Source of the DNA: Guillardia theta CCMP2712
Lineage: Eukaryota; Protista; Cryptophyta
DNA: 38,235 nt
Direction: 5' to 3'
NCBI RefSeq assembly: GCF_000315625.1
Contig: NW_005434588.1
Coordinates: 139,729 to 177,963, forward strand
Shown here: positions 11,501 to 22,800 of the stretch, one piece after another
Position numbering within the stretch: the first letter of the stretch is position 1
How the letters are laid out: the number at the start of each line of letters is the position of its first letter
Program-made: the position numbers and the translations under genes
The notes under the pieces: generated by a model
Database searches by the model: none
Told to the model about the DNA's origin: nothing
Seen by the model: the letters and a program-made list of their open reading frames with translations, nothing else

Positions 11501-12629
11501 TAGTAGGATACTTTACGATGTGTAAAGAGCGACGACACTAGATTTAGGAGAGCCACACGCTCGCGCACATGCACTTCACTCTCTTCCAAGCTCAGACTAC
11601 TACTACCTCTGCTCTGCCGCTCAGCCCTGCTCCTACCCGTCACCCTCCTCCTTCCGCAGCCTCAATACTGATCTTGCTGCTTCTTGCTCACATGTCTGCC
11701 TTCTCCCGCCTGCTTCCCGCTGTCTGGGTCGCCAGCGGTATCGCTCCTCGCTCCCCCCGGTCTCTAGCCTACCGCTGGCGATACTTGATGCCGCTGCTGA
11801 CGGTGACAGGCTGCAGCCGACAAGAGGACTCAGGCCGATCAGCTTGAGGGCTGGCGTTCACAAAGTTTCACTGGCAGTCGTTTTTAGGACGCTGAGGGCT
11901 TGCTGTACGGCCGTGGGCCGCCTACCGTGCCGCCACCGTAGCACTGATACTAGGCTTTGACTCGGCACTAGGGTCATTGACGCCGCCGCCCGCCGGGGCC
12001 TCAGTAAGCAAGCCTGGACAGCCCGGTCTCGGCCTCAAGCAACTTAGTTTGATGTGACTCAGCGGTGCTCGCCCTCTGCCAATGCCCGGCCGCGCTCATC
12101 GTGGTTGAGAGTCATCCGGGCATCAGACATGATGGGACCGTGGTACTGGTACTGCCTTTACAGCCTCCTAAGCCTCGGAGTTGTCGCTCTCCTGGTTCAC
12201 GGTTGTAATTTCTATCTGTCTCGTAATGGCCACGAGGTCTTGCCTGTAGCCTGCAGCCCCCGCAGTCGAAAGTCCAACAACTCTCTCAACCACCTTAACA
12301 CGCACCTCTTCATATCATCACGGACACCACCAACTCTTTTGACTGTCCGAATGCTTCAGCGCTGCCCGCCACTACTGCTACTTAGTTTAACTTAACTTTG
12401 AGTAAAGAACTGACGGTTGACCTGGTACTGGTTCTCTGCGATCATTTGCGAGTCTACCGGCTAAGCTCGTCGCTCCGAGCCGGTGACCTTGGTTCGCAGA
12501 CCACCCCCTTCAAGCCCCTTCAAACGACCGGGTCATCGTTCAACATTTTCCCCGTTCAGTCAATAAAAGAGATACAAGAGCAGGCGACCCGCACTCCCCT
12601 CCCACCCCTCAGCCAGCGCGACGTCTCCC

Positions 12630-13010
12630 ATGGAAGTCAAAGCCGCTTCCGTCAGAGTCTGCCCCCGCCCTCGAGGAAGCCTCCTGACCTACTCCCCTCC
12701 TCCGCCTGTCAGCCTAGACCAAGCCCTCGTCAAGTCGCTCTTTCACCTCACCCAGTGCGAGGCGGCTCAGACCGTCGGGATCTCTCTGTCCTCCCTCAAG
12801 CTAGCTTGCCGTCGCATGGGCATCCGGAAGTGGCCCTACAACCGACGCTGCTCCTCCAAGAGGACCGACGCCTCCAGCATCCCCGGCAGACACGACGACG
12901 ACGAGGAGGCCATGCGCGCTAGTGCTCGAGGAAGACCGTACTGGCTGGACTCGAGCTTGGAGGAGCTGCTGGACGAGAGCCTGCTGCATGTGACAGGGAA
13001 GGGGCTATAG
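12630..13010 (+). CDS. Small RWP-RK domain transcription factor, copy 1 (126 aa)
   Basis: SLDQALVKSLFHLTQCEAAQTVGISLSSLKLACRRMGIRKWPYNRR matches the RWP-RK consensus (F..p..eAA..lG...t.LK..CR..GI.rWP). Confidence 0.9.
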   Translation: MEVKAASVRVCPRPRGSLLTYSPPPPVSLDQALVKSLFHLTQCEAAQTVGISLSSLKLACRRMGIRKWPYNRRCSSKRTDASSIPGRHDDDEEAMRASARGRPYWLDSSLEELLDESLLHVTGKGL

Positions 13011-14768
13011 AGGAGGGAGCTAGAACGTGTAGAGTATGTGAATGAAGCTTGTTGGTATGATGCGGGGCAAGAGAGGTCTTGGGCTGGGCACATTTCGCGT
13101 CTCAACCCTAGGACTGCCACGTCGTCTCCTTGGGTCGCCACGACACTCAGACCCCACATGGCCTGTACCGAGCAAGGAGGCAGAGCAAGACATCTTACGT
13201 GGACGAATCCTGTCAGATGATCGGAGGGGCAAGGCTGAAGGGCCTCTGTCCCTTGGGTAGCTGGACTATCCTTGGTACGTCTTTCCCCCCTCTCCACCTC
13301 CCGGCTTTCTGTGTGTGCCCTCCTCTCTCCGCTGCTTCCGGTAAGGGACAGCAATCAAGCCTAGGCGCTTAGCCTTGACCGATATCAAAGTCAGACAAAG
13401 GACCCTAGAAGGGCTAGTAGAACCCGGTTCGCTCGTCTTGTATACTACAGCAAAACCCTTGCGAACAGTGAAGGATCAAATCAAGGTGTACGTGGTTGGT
13501 AACGATGGGTGTGTTGATGTAGATTCTACGTGCAGATGGCTTCCTTCACTCCAGTAGGATGAGCAGCAAAAGCTTGTCAGAAGCGAGAGCTCGCACGAGG
13601 CGAGTCAGTCTGCTCGTGTAGCGAGGAGCCTGCTCTACCTTTATTTCCGATCTGAAGCCTCTTCAGCTACAAGGGTCAGTTCTCGCCTCAAGTTGTACAC
13701 CACGCTTTTCTAGCATCGCTCGTGAAGTAGATCGGGCATCACTGCACGGAAGCTAAAGCGATCCAACAGAGGTGCCTGGAGTATTGGCTGTAGACGTCTA
13801 CAACCTGTAAGTGACTGTAAAATCATGAAGGCACGTCAACTGTCTCCAAGACTGCTCGAAAAAGAGTCAAAACCGGTTGCAAGAGCGCGTTACTGAAACC
13901 GACTCTTTTCAGGTGTGGTTTCCAGGACCGGTCCGACTCCCCTGAAACCACTGCTATGATAGGGGGAAGGGGGGGTACCTAGAGGGGCCATCACATGAGC
14001 ATATCCTCTATTTTACTCCCCCACTAGCAGGCCTTCCTCGACGCCTCCCAGCCTTCCCGACGCAGGAGCACGACCGAGCTCCCGCCAGGAGCTGTCAGAG
14101 TCAAGTCGGAGGGCGAGGATGTGATAGCGGCAGTGCTGGCGGCGAGGGGGCGAGGAGCGAGGCTGCTGGAGGCCCGGACAGCAGGAAGGATACTAGTGCG
14201 AGGAGGGCTGAAGCGGACGGCAGGGGACGGAGACGGGGGAAGGTAGGGCATGGCGGGCGATAGGCGCATGTATGGTGTACAGTAGGCCGACACGAGGATA
14301 CTTTTCGATGTGTAAAGAGCGACGAGACTAGCCTCCGCGAGTCTGAGCCAAAAACACATGTACTTGACTTGAGTAGGCCCAGCATCAAGAAGTCCACCAC
14401 TTGATCGGGTACTCTCCTCCTGTATCTGTATCCTACGCATCCTACCTTCCTCTCCGTGTCCTCTTCTTAACCACCCCTGCTTCCCGCTGTCTGGGTCGCC
14501 GGCAGTGTCGCTGCTCGCTTCCTTGCCTCTAGCCTACCGCTGGCGATCCTCAGCGGCTGCCGAGCAGGCTGCCAACCCCACATGGCTCCTGCTGACGGCG
14601 ACTGCTGGCCGAGTCATGCTCATCGCATTCCTCTGCCGCGGCTGTGGTCCGCCCGCACGGTCGTTCTCTGCAGGAGGGGGAGGTGAGTGCGCTGCCGTCT
14701 GAGCTCTCGGGTCAGCTGAGAGTCTCGGCTGAGAGCTTCAGGGACTATGCAGGGCAGAGGGGGATGAC

Positions 14769-14804
<36 letters not shown>

Positions 14805-15280
14805 AGACGATCTGCGTTTGTGATGTCACATTGTGCGGCAGCACAAGGTTGGGACATAGACTGCTGATTTTCAATGACCGGTCCTTTCGGGGATGAGATG
14901 CCGAAGGCGTCAAGATGAGTCGGTCAGTATCTTTCTATATCCGGTTTGACTGGTTGCTGACCAGTAGCCCTCTTACACTGAGAGACAAAGGGCGAAATCT
15001 TAATCACCTTAACACGCACCTCTTCATATCATCACGGATACCAGGCTCCAACTCTTTTGCCTGTATCAACTCCTACGACTGGACAGGTGGCCAATGACTA
15101 CCCCTCTGATCATGCCGCCAGCACCGGGTCCTCCATATCTTCTCGGAGTCTATTTGTTATCGCAGACCACCCCCTTCAAGCCCCTACAAACGACCGGGTC
15201 ATCGCTCAACCTTTTCCCCGATACAAGAGAGCAGGCGACCCGCACTCCCCTCCCACCCCTCAGCCAGCGCGACGTCTCCC

Positions 15281-15664
15281 ATGGAAGTCAAAGCCGCTTC
15301 CGTCAGAGTCTGCCCCCGCCCTCGAGGAAGCCTCCTGACCTACTCCCCTCCTCCGCCTGTCAGCCTAGACCAAGCCCTCGTCAAGTCGCTCTTTCACCTC
15401 ACCCAGGGCGAGGCGGCTCAGACCGTCGGGATCTCTCTGTCCTCCCTCAAGCTAGCTTGCCGTCGCATGGGCATCCGGAAGTGGCCCTACAACCGACGCT
15501 GCTCCTCCAAGAGGACCGACGCCTCCAGCATCCCCGGCAGACACGACGACGACGACGAGGCCATGCGCGCTAGTGCTCGAGGAAGACCGTACTGGCTGGA
15601 CTCGAGCTTGGAGGAGCTGCTGGACGAGAGCCTGCTGCATGTGACGACAGGGAAGGGGCTATAG
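15281..15664 (+). CDS. Small RWP-RK domain transcription factor, copy 2 (127 aa)
   Basis: Same domain as copy 1; differs by TQGEAA, DDDDEAM and C-terminus VTTGKGL. Confidence 0.9.
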   Translation: MEVKAASVRVCPRPRGSLLTYSPPPPVSLDQALVKSLFHLTQGEAAQTVGISLSSLKLACRRMGIRKWPYNRRCSSKRTDASSIPGRHDDDDEAMRASARGRPYWLDSSLEELLDESLLHVTTGKGL

Positions 15665-15848
15665 AGGAGGGAGCTAGAACGTGTAGAGTATGTGAATGAA
15701 GCTTGTTGGTATGATGCGGGGCAAGAGAGGTCTTGGGCTGGGCACAAGCTGCTTTTACGATGTCCGCTCCTCTCCTCCCCTGGTGCAGGGAAGCAGACCA
15801 TTTCTCTCACGAAGCATGTGGGTCCAAGGGGTGATGGCAGCAAGCAGG

Positions 15849-15978
15849 AGATCAACCGGGTCTCAAGCCGCTCAAGATCAACCGGGTCTCAAGCCGCTCA
15901 AGATCAACCGGGTCTCAAGCCGCTCAAGATCAACCGGGTCTCAAGCCGCTCAAGATCAACCGGGTCTCAAGCCGCTCA
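15849..15978 (+). repeat. Minisatellite: 5 perfect copies of 26-bp AGATCAACCGGGTCTCAAGCCGCTCA
   Basis: Units start at 15849, 15875, 15901, 15927 and 15953 with no spacers. Confidence 0.95.
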
Positions 15979-17585
15979 AGGACCCTCTGAAGGACCTCTC
16001 GAGAACTGCCGCGTCGTCTCCTTGGGTCGCAACGACACTCAGACCCCCACATGGCCTGTACCGAGCAAGGAGGCAGAGCAAGACATCTTACGTGGACGAA
16101 TCCTCTAAGATGGTCGGAGAGGCAAGGCTGAAGGGCCTCTGTCCCTTGGGTAGCTGGACTATCCTTGGTAGCTGGATTATCCTTGGTACGTCTTTCCCCC
16201 CTCTCCCTTAGCCTTGACCGACATCAAAGTCAGACAAAGGACCCTAGAAGGGCTAGTAGAACCCGGTTCGCTCGTCTTGTATACTACAGCAAAACCCTTG
16301 CGAACAGTGAAGGATCAAATCAAGGTGTACGTGGTTGGTAACGATGGGTGTGGGGATGTAGATTCTACGTGCAGATGGCTTCCTTCACTCCAGTAGGATG
16401 AGCAGCAGAAGCTTGTCAGAAGCGCGAGCTCGCACGAGGCGAGTCAGTCTGCTCGTGTAGCGAGGAGCCTGCTCTACCTTTATTTCCGATCTGAAGCCTC
16501 TTCAGCTACAAGGGTCTGTTCTCGCCTCAAGTTGTACGCCACGCTTTTCTAGCATCGCTCGTGAAGTAGATCGGGCATCACTGCACGGAAGCTAAAGCGA
16601 TCCAACAGAGGTGCCTGGAGTATTGGCTGTAGACGTCTACAACCTGTCAGTGACTGTAAAACCATCAAGGCACGTCAACTGTCTCTGAGACTCTAAGACT
16701 GCTCGAAAAAGAGTCAAAACCGGTTGCAAGAGCGCGTTACTGAAACTGACTCTTTTCAGGTGTGGTTTCCAGGACCGGTCCGACTCCCCTGAAACCACTG
16801 CTATGATAGGGGGAAGGGGGGGTACCTAGAGGGGCCATCACATGAGCATATCCTCTATTTTACTCCCCCACTCTATCATTTCAGCAGTCAGGCTACCCCT
16901 TCTTTGATGCATAGAAGCACCGGTCCTCCGTATCAAGTCTACCCGGTCCTTCATACTACTGGCCTACCCTTGACTCGGCAGACAGATCCTCCCGCCACAC
17001 CATGCCATGCTCCGTTACCCTCCTCGACCTGACCCTCTCTCGCGCCCTCCCCTCCTCTCCCTCCCGCCCCTCCCTCAAGCTCTCCCCCGCACAGCAGGCC
17101 TTCCTCGACGCCTCCCAGCCTTCCCGACGCAGGAGCGCGACCGAGCTCCCGCCAGGAGCTGTCAGAGTCAAGTCGGAGGGCGGGGATGTGATAGCGGCGG
17201 TGCTGGCAGCGAGGGGGCGAGGAGCGAGGCTGCTGGAGGCCCGGACAGCAGGAAGGATACGAGTGCGAGGAGGGCTGAAGCGGACGGCAGGGGACGGAGA
17301 CGGGGGAAGGTAGGGCATGGCGGGCGATAGGCGCATGTGGGGTGTACAGTAGGCCGACACGAGGATACTTGACGATGTGTAAAGAGCGACGAGACTATTT
17401 GCCTCCCATGGCTCCTGCTGACGGCGACTGCTGGCCGAGTCATGCTCATCGCATTCCTCTGCCGCGGCTGTGGTCCGCCCACACGGTCGTTCTGTGCAGG
17501 AGGGGAGGAGAGTGCGCTGCCGTCTGAGCTCTCGGGTCAGCTGAGAGTCTCGGCTGAGAGCTTCAGGGACTATGCAGGGCAGAGC

Positions 17586-17616
<31 letters not shown>

Positions 17617-17985
17617 CGATGATGACCATGATGATGATAGACGATCTGCGTTTGTGATGTCACATTGTACGGCAGCTCAAGGTCTGCTGATTTTTGAATG
17701 ACCGGTCCTTTCGGGGATGAGATGCCGAAACGTTTCAAGATGAGTCGGTCAGTATCTTTCTATATCCTGTTTGACTGGTTGCTGACGCCAGTAGCCCGCT
17801 TACCCCCCCCCTTTTTAGAGACAAAGGGCGAAACTCTTAACCACGTTAAAATGCATCGATTCATATCATCACGGATACCACCAACTCTTTTGCCTGTGTT
17901 TTATCTGGTTTAAAACTTTTCCCCGATACAAGAGAGCAGGCGACCCGCACTCCCCTCCCACCCCTGAGCCAGCGCGACGTCTCCC

Positions 17986-18369
17986 ATGGAAGTCAAAGCC
18001 GCTTCCGTCAGAGTCTGCCCCCGCCCTCGAGGAAGCCTCCTGACCTACTCCCCTCCTCCGCCTGTCAGCCTAGACCAAGCCCTCGTCAAGTCGCTCTTTC
18101 ACCTCACCCAGGGCGAGGCGGCTCAGACCGTCGGGATCTCTCTGTCCTCCCTCAAGCTAGCTTGCCGTCGCATGGGCATCCGGAAGTGGCCCTACAACCG
18201 ACGCTGCTCCTCCAAGAGGACCGACGCCTCCAGCATCCCCGGCAGACACGACGACGACGACGAGGCCATGCGCGCTAGTGCTCGAGGAAGACCGTACTGG
18301 CTGGACTCGAGCTTGGAGGAGCTGCTGGACGAGAGCCTGCTGCATGTGACGAGAGGGAAGGGGCAATAG
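17986..18369 (+). CDS. Small RWP-RK domain transcription factor, copy 3 (127 aa)
   Basis: Same domain; identical to copy 2 except C-terminus VTRGKGQ. Confidence 0.9.
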   Translation: MEVKAASVRVCPRPRGSLLTYSPPPPVSLDQALVKSLFHLTQGEAAQTVGISLSSLKLACRRMGIRKWPYNRRCSSKRTDASSIPGRHDDDDEAMRASARGRPYWLDSSLEELLDESLLHVTRGKGQ

Positions 18370-19339
18370 AGGATGCAGCTAGAACTTGTAGAGTATGTGA
18401 ATGAAGCTTGTTGGTATGATGCGGGGCAAGAATGTTGTGTCAATGCCTGGATGGAAAAATGTCTTGATTTGCTACGCCCATACGAAGGTCTAAACGAGGC
18501 TTGGCAATGTCTTGCACTTGGAGTAAGATTCTTGAGACCCTGTTGTTCTTCTGCTTGCTCGCATTATCTCTTTCTACAGCAAGATCTGCTCTAAAATCTG
18601 ATCGTCCTCCGAAAGGCTCAACTGTATCTTAACGAGCAGTCAACACCGCCGACGGACTGCCGGCGCGGTTCTTTTCAAGTTTCCTCACTGGCATTTCGCT
18701 GGCTTCCTGAGTCCGGAAGCCGCCCCCGCTCAAGGACAGCGTTACTGCCGCATAGCCTACTCTCCGCCGGCCGGTCAAGGTCATTGGTAAGTGGATAAGT
18801 TTCAAGTTTAGGACTCGCCTGCCCTACACCAATCCGATCATTATCATCATTAGACTGGGAAGCCTTGAAGTTCAACTCCGGCGTGACGCATGACTACTAT
18901 CATATAGTCATCGTCAGTCACTCAAGTTGGATCATGCAGCTGGTCCGGATCATCAGCGTGTATTAAAGCACGGGGACCATGACCCCCACCCCCTAATCTC
19001 CGTTCTCAGCAGATGTCTCCCTCCCTACCCCCATGGCAAAATGCCAGAGTCACAGTACCCCTCCTTACCCCTCAATTTCCTGGGAAACCGCCGGGTTATA
19101 ATCTTGTGGAAACTACAAAATGAGGGGTACTTGGATGGACTAAGGGGTGTGTGCTTGTTGGAAAGGAAAAAACGGGGTCCAATTGTCCTTGAGAAGCTGA
19201 TATTTTGATAGGTGGGGTGCGATTGCAGGGGTGGGGGTACACAATTGATGGGTAGTGCTCTTAGTCGAGTAGGGTAGGGTCCTCCCTCCCTAAGGCAAGT
19301 GTTGGCGGGAAGTACCAGGTGCGAGGATGAGCGATAGGG

Positions 19340-19408
19340 AGAGGAGGAGGAGGAGGAGGAGGAGGAGGAGGAGGAGGAGGAGGAGGAGGAGGAGGAGGAG
19401 GAGGAGGC
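19340..19408 (+). repeat. (GAG)n microsatellite
   Basis: Seen directly. Confidence 0.95.
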
Positions 19409-19893
19409 GCAAGAGAGAAGGAGGAGGAGCAATAGAGGAGAAGATTTTTTTCCTGAAGTAGGGATGACGGGACTCATGTGGAGCAGGAGGGAGGAAGGAG
19501 GCGGGGGAGGAAACAAGTGAAGTTCTGCACATTTTTTGCGAATTGGCACATAGGTTAGATGAGAATATGGACCAGGCAAAGATGTAGAAATACTCTTGAT
19601 CAAGTTTAGCTGCTGCTGCTGCTGCTGCTGCTGCAAGCATGAAATGATACGGGAGATGCTGCGATGTTTGAAAGAGGTAGAGTGAATCCGAAGGATTGGA
19701 AGAGCCGAAGGAGTATCTAACGTGTCTTCGAGACCGGGGGAGAGGTCCAGGGGTCGATAACTGAAAGAAAGGATGTGCAGAATAACAAGACATGTTTCCA
19801 ATGGTAGAAACATAAAGAAACATGCAGTGAGAGAGAGGGAGAGAGTGGGAGGGAGGGAGATGCGAAGGTATAGGATTCCAAATTCAATCTAAT

Positions 19894-22800
19894 ATGGGTG
19901 GACCAGGGATGCCTCCAAGGCGACAGGGTACCCAACAGCAGAAGAGTGTTGAAGCACCTGCTGTGAGCAATGGCAAGCATGTGGGCAAGAGCGTAAAAGT
20001 GAAGGTAAGAGAGGCAGAGGAAGGGGAGAATGGGAGAAGTATGAGGTGGTATTGGTCGGCTGCCTTGGGGTCGCTCTTGGTGTGCTCTTGATACGTGCCG
20101 CAGTGTACGGATGGGAACTTTTACATGGGAAAGGTGATGGAATGGAGTGAGAAGGAGAAAGTCTACAAGATCTTGCTGGAGGATGGCGACGAGGTCGTGA
20201 CGACACTTGAGGACAGGTGAAGGGGAAAGAACATGCAGTGTGACAGCTGAGATGATTGCAGTGATGAAGAAGTTGAGTTGTTTGATGATGAAAAGGAGGT
20301 GAGAGGAGGAGGAGGAGGAGGAGGGAGGGGGGGGGGGAGAAGGAGGAAAGGCAGAGAGTAGGAGCAGAGGGGAAACAGGTAACGTCGAGGTTGCAAATGT
20401 GACGTGAGAACAGGTGCAGGAGGAGTCGGAGGAAGATTCCTCTTGGTCTGCAGAGGAAGCAGATGAGAGCAGAAGGGAGGAGAGCGACGTGGAGGTGAAG
20501 GGGCGGCAGAGGACGAAGGGGGCAGGGAGGGGCAGGGGAGGCAGGTCGTCAGGAGGAGATCGATCGTGGAGCTGTGCCGAGGGTCCGTCGAGAGGAGCCA
20601 AGGGGAAGAAAAGTCTGGAGGCAGACGACGACGACTTTGAAGGGGAGCAGCCAAAGGTGCCGACGAAGAGGAAGGGAGGGGCAGGGGGAGGGGGCAGGAA
20701 GGCGCAGCCCAAGAAGCCGAGGGGAGAGTATGTGTGCGAGAGAGGATGCGGGTTTGAGGGAGACTTCAAGACGGTAGAGGCACATGAGAACGTGTGCGGG
20801 TACGTGCGAGGTGACCAATGGGAGTCGGACATGGACTCGGAGGAGGAGGAGACGTTCCTGCAGAAGTGGGAGCTGAGTGTGGAGAGGAGGATGGAAAAGA
20901 AGATGCAGGCACCTGAAGGGCTGCTCGTCTCCCTGCTCCCCTTTCAGATGGAGAGCCTCGCCTGGATGTGCGACCAGGAGGCTTCTGCGTACAGGGGAGG
21001 AATCCTTGCAGACGAGATGGGGATGGGAAAGACGCTGCAAGCAATCTCCTTGATCATGGCGAACAAGCGGCAAGGAGGAGGAGGAGGAGGAGGAGGCGGC
21101 GGCGAGAGCAACAGCACTCTCGTGATCTGCCCTGTGGTGGCGATGGTGCAGTGGAGGGGGAGATCGAGCGCTACTGCAGGGCAGGCTCTCTCTCCCTCAT
21201 CATGTACCATGGCCCCAAGAGGTGCATGGACACCGAGGAGCTGAAAAAGTTTGACGTCGTGCTGACGACCTACTCGATTGTTCAGGGGGAGTACTCCTCC
21301 TCAATCCGCGACGCCAAAGTCGCGTGCAAGTACTGCGGGAAGAAGTACCTTCCTCCCCAGCTGAAGGTCCACCACAAGTTCTTCTGCGGACCGGAGGCGA
21401 AGAAGTCGGAGAAGCTGGCGAAGCAGGAGAAGAAAGCTTCTTCTGCTAGCGCTGCATCCTCCTCGAGGAGAAGGTATGAGGACGACTCGTCCTACTCGGA
21501 TGAGGAGAGTGAGGAGGAGGAGATGGAGGAGGAGATGGAGGAGGAGCGAGGTGGNNNNNNNNNNNNNNNNNNNNNNNNNNNNNNNNNNNNNNNNNNNNNN
21601 NNNNNNNNNNNNNNNNNNNNNNNNNNNNNNNNNNNNNNNNNNNNNNNNNNNNNNNNNNNNNNNNNNNNNNNNNNNNNNNNNNNNNNNNNNNNNNNNNNNN
21701 NNNNNNNNNNNNNNNNNNNNNNNNNNNNNNNNNNNNNNNNNNNNNNNNNNNNNNNNNNNNNNNNNNNNNNNNNNNNNNNNNNNNNNNNNNNNNNNNNNNN
21801 NNNNNNNNNNNNNNNNNNNNNNNNNNNNNNNNNNNNNNNNNNNNNNNNNNNNNNNNNNNNNNNNNNNNNNNNNNNNNNNNNNNNNNNNNNNNNNNNNNNN
21901 NNNNNNNNNNNNNNNNNNNNNNNNNNNNNNNNNNNNNNNNNNNNNNNNNNNNNNNNNNNNNNNNNNNNNNNNNNNNNNNNNNNNNNNNNNNNNNNNNNNN
22001 NNNNNNNNNNNNNNNNNNNNNNNNNNNNNNNNNNNNNNNNAGGGGGGGGAGGCGAGAGAGAGGGGAAGGAGAGGAGGAACAGGAGGAACAGGAGGAACAG
22101 GAGGAACAGGAGGAACAGGAGGAACTTCCGAGTTAACCTGCTCCTCCAGGTCCTCGATCGTATCCTGCTGAGGAGGACGAAGCTAGGTCGGGCAGAAGAC
22201 ATCGTCCTGCCCCCCAAGGTGATCATCTTGCGCAAGGACTTCTTCGACCCCTTCGAGTCGGACTTCTACCAGAGCCTCTACACTCAGAGTCAGACTCAGT
22301 TCAACGCCTATGTCCAACAAGGCACCATCCTCAACAACTACGCGCACATCTTCGACTTGCTCATCCGCCTCCGTCAGGTTCAGAGCACACTAGTGTTCCC
22401 CTCCCGGCTCGTTCCATCCTTTTCCTCTTCGCTCACATCTCCTCTTCCCTCGAACTTCCTTCCTGTCCCCGCTCTCCCCTTCATTCCCCTTCGTCCCTCT
22501 CTCCTCTACTCTCTTCCCCTCCCCTTCGTTCCTCTCCCTTCCCCTCCCCTCCCAACTCTCCTCTCTGCTCCTCTCCTCACCTCACCACCTCTCCGCAGGC
22601 CGTCAACCATCCTTACCTTGTCCAGTACTCCGAGAAGAACTACCTCGCATCACAGGCGGCTGCAGCAGCAGGAGCAGCAGCAGGAGCTGACAGCCAGGAC
22701 TCGGAGCAGTGCGGATTGTGCAAGGACGAGGCCGAGGACAAAGTCGTGTCAGCCTGCAAACACTGCTTCTGCCGCTCCTGCATAGAAGAGTACGTCGCCT

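Larger units (their letters stand above)
11170..18431 (+). repeat. Tandem segmental triplication, period ~2.65-2.7 kb
   Basis: Near-identical blocks: 11172-11537/14026-14326/16998-17394; 12571-13091/15220-15746/17925-18431; 13113-14022/16005-16871; 14581-14960/17407-17790. RWP-RK start codons are 2651 and 2705 bp apart. Confidence 0.95.

Noticed and set aside
13375-13557. TLEGLVEPGSLVLYT resembling a Merlin/IS1595 transposase motif
   Set aside because: The catalytic TD and downstream motifs are absent; similarity is too short.
14020-14030. CTAG as a Helitron 3' end explaining the RWP-RK repeat
   Set aside because: The CTAG is created by a deletion junction in one unit only, and no subterminal hairpin was seen.
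15849-15978. CRISPR-like array
   Set aside because: The 26-bp repeats are directly adjacent with no spacers, the context is eukaryotic, and no cas genes are present.
20968-22785. 605-aa ORF through the N run
   Set aside because: Artefact of the gap and read-through of introns; the real exons belong to RAD16.
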